From contig MFES01000003.1 of assembly GCA_001779955.1 (NCBI GenBank), positions 11,348 to 46,464 of the forward strand: a DNA stretch of 35,117 nt, given 5' to 3'. This document shows positions 32,030 through 35,117 of the stretch, piece after piece. Numbering within the stretch: the first letter of the stretch is position 1; each line of letters starts with the position of its first letter. The translations under genes were made by a program, and so were the position numbers. Source of the stretch: Candidatus Doudnabacteria bacterium RIFCSPHIGHO2_02_FULL_46_11. Lineage in GTDB: Bacteria > Patescibacteriota > Doudnabacteria > UBA920 > 2-02-FULL-46-11. The notes under the pieces were generated by a model, which saw nothing but the letters and a program-made list of their open reading frames with translations, did not search any database and was not told the DNA's origin.

Positions 32030-32989
32030 CTACTTACTAACTTCAGGAACTGCCTCGATTTCTTCCGCAGTTTTCTGCTCGCTCTTTTCCCGCCTAACCA
32101 ATTCCTGCCAGGTGTAGGCCCAAAAGGTGCTCTCCCAAACCGAAACCACGGCCGCAAACGCAAGACCAACAATGGCTAAAAGAACGAGTCCAACAACATC
32201 GGAAAGTATGCCTAAGGATACCGTAAAAATTTTGTCCGCCAGAAAGACCAAGCCTTTTAAAAAAAGTCCGGCCACGGACACCGCCAAGGCAAAAGCAATT
32301 GAGGCCAAGGTGTAAAGCAGTATTGACCAAAGCGTTTGCGCTAAAGAAAGAAGCCAGTATTTGGCGGCCAAATCAGTTCCGGCGGCAATGGCCGGCTTCA
32401 GGCGCATTCGGCCCTGAACAACAAAGTTGACCGCGTAATGAAAAACAAAGGACACGAAAAAAGAAAAAGGAATAAATATGAGCAGCCCGATAACGGAAAG
32501 TACGAGCGCTTTTTGTTCATAGCCTTTGCTGAAAAGTATAAAAATCGGCGTGGCCAGTAGCGCCAAAGCCAGCACAATCAGGGCGGCATTGGCCAAGCGC
32601 AAACCGAAAACCCGCATGGCATAATGCTCGGCGGACCTAATTGATTTTCTCAAATTTAACTTTTTATCAACCCCGTCTTTAACCACCGTATCAAGCACGG
32701 CCGATTCGCTGATGGCGCCTACAATAAGATAAAAAATCGCGCCCGCTATGCCCAAAAGGAGCAAGCCGGCGATTTTCTCGCCATGCAGAGCGATGAAATC
32801 GGCAACCATTGCCGGATTCTCCGGCACCGCAGGCATAAAACTGACCATGGAAGATTGATCGAAGATAATAGCCCAGGCATCGGCGCTGCCCTGACCGAGA
32901 ATAAAAAGACCGAGAGGCATTAGCCACTTATGCGCATAAGTAAAATTCAGCGCCCGTTTTGCAATTTCTTTGAACGGAAAATTTTTCAT
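32030..32989 (-). CDS. Hypothetical polytopic membrane protein
   Basis: 319-aa ORF with about 6 hydrophobic segments, directly downstream of ftsH. Confidence 0.8.
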   Translation of the reverse strand: MKNFPFKEIAKRALNFTYAHKWLMPLGLFILGQGSADAWAIIFDQSSMVSFMPAVPENPAMVADFIALHGEKIAGLLLLGIAGAIFYLIVGAISESAVLDTVVKDGVDKKLNLRKSIRSAEHYAMRVFGLRLANAALIVLALALLATPIFILFSKGYEQKALVLSVIGLLIFIPFSFFVSFVFHYAVNFVVQGRMRLKPAIAAGTDLAAKYWLLSLAQTLWSILLYTLASIAFALAVSVAGLFLKGLVFLADKIFTVSLGILSDVVGLVLLAIVGLAFAAVVSVWESTFWAYTWQELVRREKSEQKTAEEIEAVPEVSK

Positions 32990-32995
32990 TAGACC

Positions 32996-34900
32996 TTAGA
33001 CAACCTTTTCGGAACCCGGGGCAATTACTACGCCCTCATCTTTTTCCGTTTTTGCCTTATTCCTCTTCTCGGTCGGGATAAGGTCACCCATAATTGTTTC
33101 AAATTCCTGCCGTTCAATTGTTTCCTGCTTAATCAAAAGATTGGCGATTTCATCCATTTTAGCCTTGTTCTTAGCGATGATTTCTTTAGCCCTGGTCTCG
33201 GCCCCGCGGATGAAACGGGTAATTTCCTTGTCGATTTTGGCGGCGATTTCTTCGCTGTAATTTTTTTGCTCGCCTATTTCGCGGCCCAAAAATACCAACT
33301 CATGCTTATCGCCAAAAGCCACCGGCCCGATTTCCTCGCTCATGCCGTAAATCATGACCAGCTTGCGGGCCAGCCCCGTGGCTTGCTGTAAATCGTTGGA
33401 AGCGCCGGTCGTTAATTCATTAAAGAACATTTGCTCCGTAACATAGCCGCCAAGGGCTACGGCCAAGTCATCGAGTATTTCGCTTTTGGTAAGAAGTTTT
33501 CTTTCCTCAATCGGCAACTTCATGGTGTAGCCGGCCGCTCGGCCGCGGGAAATTATGGAAATCTTATGCACGTAATGCGCATTCGGCAAAATGGCCGCCA
33601 CTAAGGCGTGGCCGGCCTCATGATAAGCCGTAATTTTTTTCTCGGGCACCGACAAAACATGCGAGCGTCTTTCCGGACCAAGCATAACTTTTTCGATAGC
33701 CTCAATCATCTCCGACATACCGACAATTTTTTTGTTTTGCCTGGCGGTAAGAATGGCCGCTTCATTAAGCAAATTGCTAAGATCGGCGCCGGAAAAACCC
33801 GGGGTACGTATGGCTATTTCATGTAAATTAGCCTTCTCTGCTATGGGCTTGCCGCGAGCATGCACCTTGAGTATCTCTTCGCGCTCGCTAATATCCGGCA
33901 GATCAATAATTACCTGCCGGTCAAAACGCCCCGGACGCAAAAGGGCCGGGTCCAAAACATCCGGCCGGTTTGTGGCGGCCATGACAATCACGCTTGAATC
34001 CTGCTCAAAGCCGTCCATCTCCACTAAAATTTGGTTTAAGGTTTGCTCGCGTTCATCATGCGAGCCGCCGAGGCCCGTGCCTCTCTGGCGGCCAACGGCG
34101 TCTATTTCATCAATAAAGACAATGGCCGGAGCCTGCTTTTTGGCTTTCTTAAATAAATCGCGCACGCGGGAAGCGCCAACACCAACAAACATCTCGACGA
34201 ATTCAGAGCCGGAAATGTGGAAAAAAGGCACGTTGGCTTCTCCGGCCACGGCCCGAGCCAGCAAAGTTTTACCCACGCCCGGAGAACCCAAAAGCAAAAC
34301 GCCTTTGGGTATGCGCGCGCCTAATGACAAAAACTTATGCGGCGTGCGCAAGAATTCCACCACCTCTTTTAATTCTTCCTTGGCTTCAAGCGCGCCGGCT
34401 ACATCTTCAAAAGTTACACGCTTCTTGCCGTTTGCCTGATCAGAAAGGCGAGCTCCCGACTGGCCAAAGGAAAGAGCGCGGTTGTTTCCGCCCTGAACTT
34501 GGCGCATAAAAAAGTAAATGATAAGCGCCAAAAAAAGAAAGGGAATCAAGTAGGGTAAAATCGCCCCGAGCCAAACCCCGGCACCGGTGGGATCCTGAAT
34601 ATCAACATCTATCGCCCGGATTTTTTCGTCCGGCACGCCGGAGTTGCGCAGGGATTCGGTAAGGCTAGCCTCCTTCTCCTTGCGTGAAGTCTGCAATTCG
34701 CCATTTTTCAAAGTAATCTCAAGCTCGTTTTCGCGTATGGTTATTTTCTCCACCTGATCCTCGTTAACCTCGCTAACCACGGTCGAAAAAGGCACCTCGC
34801 TGACCTTTTTGGTTTCATCTTCGCCCAGCACGGCAAAAACACCCGCCAAAACGACAAAAAGTATAAATAAAGCGACTATGTTTCGAAGTATTCTTTTCAT
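32996..34900 (-). CDS. ftsH: ATP-dependent zinc metalloprotease FtsH
   Basis: Two TMs, [33 protein letters not shown] and GASND. Start placed at ATG 34900. Confidence 0.97.
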   Translation of the reverse strand: MKRILRNIVALFILFVVLAGVFAVLGEDETKKVSEVPFSTVVSEVNEDQVEKITIRENELEITLKNGELQTSRKEKEASLTESLRNSGVPDEKIRAIDVDIQDPTGAGVWLGAILPYLIPFLFLALIIYFFMRQVQGGNNRALSFGQSGARLSDQANGKKRVTFEDVAGALEAKEELKEVVEFLRTPHKFLSLGARIPKGVLLLGSPGVGKTLLARAVAGEANVPFFHISGSEFVEMFVGVGASRVRDLFKKAKKQAPAIVFIDEIDAVGRQRGTGLGGSHDEREQTLNQILVEMDGFEQDSSVIVMAATNRPDVLDPALLRPGRFDRQVIIDLPDISEREEILKVHARGKPIAEKANLHEIAIRTPGFSGADLSNLLNEAAILTARQNKKIVGMSEMIEAIEKVMLGPERRSHVLSVPEKKITAYHEAGHALVAAILPNAHYVHKISIISRGRAAGYTMKLPIEERKLLTKSEILDDLAVALGGYVTEQMFFNELTTGASNDLQQATGLARKLVMIYGMSEEIGPVAFGDKHELVFLGREIGEQKNYSEEIAAKIDKEITRFIRGAETRAKEIIAKNKAKMDEIANLLIKQETIERQEFETIMGDLIPTEKRNKAKTEKDEGVVIAPGSEKVV

Positions 34901-35002
34901 CCCGTACAAAGTCTAATAATAAATCTAAACTACCTTATATGTACCTTATTTATGTACCCCAAACTAGTGCTCGTCTGATGATGGCTGATACTTTGTTCGG
35001 GA
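34900..35002. mobile_element. 103-bp MITE-like element at the ftsH start codon
   Basis: TIRs TCCCGTACAAAGT/ACTTTGTTCGGGA. Direct repeat TTTCA(T) at 34895 and 35003. Confidence 0.75.
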
Positions 35003-35117
35003 TTTCATTATTGAAAATTAAAAACCAGTATTACTGATTATAAAATAATTCTGAAGCGGTAAGCAATAGTACCCAAATACTGGTGGGCGGAGAGGACATT
35101 TCACTGCTCGGCTGGCC

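Noticed and set aside
31890..32030. tRNA as an integration site for a prophage or island
   Set aside because: No integrase and no duplicated tRNA 3' end seen in the window.
33732..34439. Long antisense ORFs opposite ftsH (also opposite nusA, clpP and murA)
   Set aside because: Typical antisense shadows of conserved genes with no independent signals.
35025..35084. ACCAGTATT...AATACTGGT inverted repeat near the window end
   Set aside because: Short arms, no second copy or TSD, and the context is truncated.
1..35117. Alternative genetic code (TGA recoding)
   Set aside because: All conserved genes are full length in code 11, and TGA ends yraN and the antitoxin at expected positions.

Overview
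A 35 kb stretch of mostly housekeeping genes, read with the standard genetic code, from a reduced bacterium that is probably Patescibacteria/CPR (inferred from protein style, sparse Shine-Dalgarno sites, a short SMC, a ValRS lacking its C-terminal arm, and no rimM in the rpsP-trmD-rplS cluster). Core genes: partial D-Ala-D-Ala carboxypeptidase, tsaD, valS, clpP, nusA, yraN, ymdB, rny, rplS, RluA/RluD-type synthase, three DedA paralogues, trmD, murA, khpA, rpsP, smc, rnc, tRNA-Val(GAC) and ftsH. Accessory genes: a DinJ/YafQ-type toxin-antitoxin pair, a GC-rich lipoprotein, an Ig/PKD surface protein, a HExxH protein and a long coiled-coil protein. The main signal is non-coding: several families of short palindromic, apparently mobile elements with no transposase in the window. 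(1) Elements of ~100-210 bp with YCCYG...CRGGR termini and 4-5 bp target duplications; four sit exactly on start codons (ORF 12161, khpA, smc, ftsH) and duplicate the ATG. (2) REP-like units of 30-45 bp (CCTG/CTTG/GTAG plus a hairpin), mostly multiples of 3 nt, that nest three deep and insert in-frame in tsaD and trmD. (3) A 38-bp palindrome found behind two terminators and in-frame in tsaD. (4) AT-rich heptamer-periodic tracts that start right after TAA stop codons and also occur in-frame in tsaD, valS and smc. Other points: an ASCH-like domain inside a ValRS zinc knuckle, an apparently hingeless SMC, a Cys->Asp MurA, and a candidate 6S-like RNA upstream of rny. All calls were made by eye, with no database searches.
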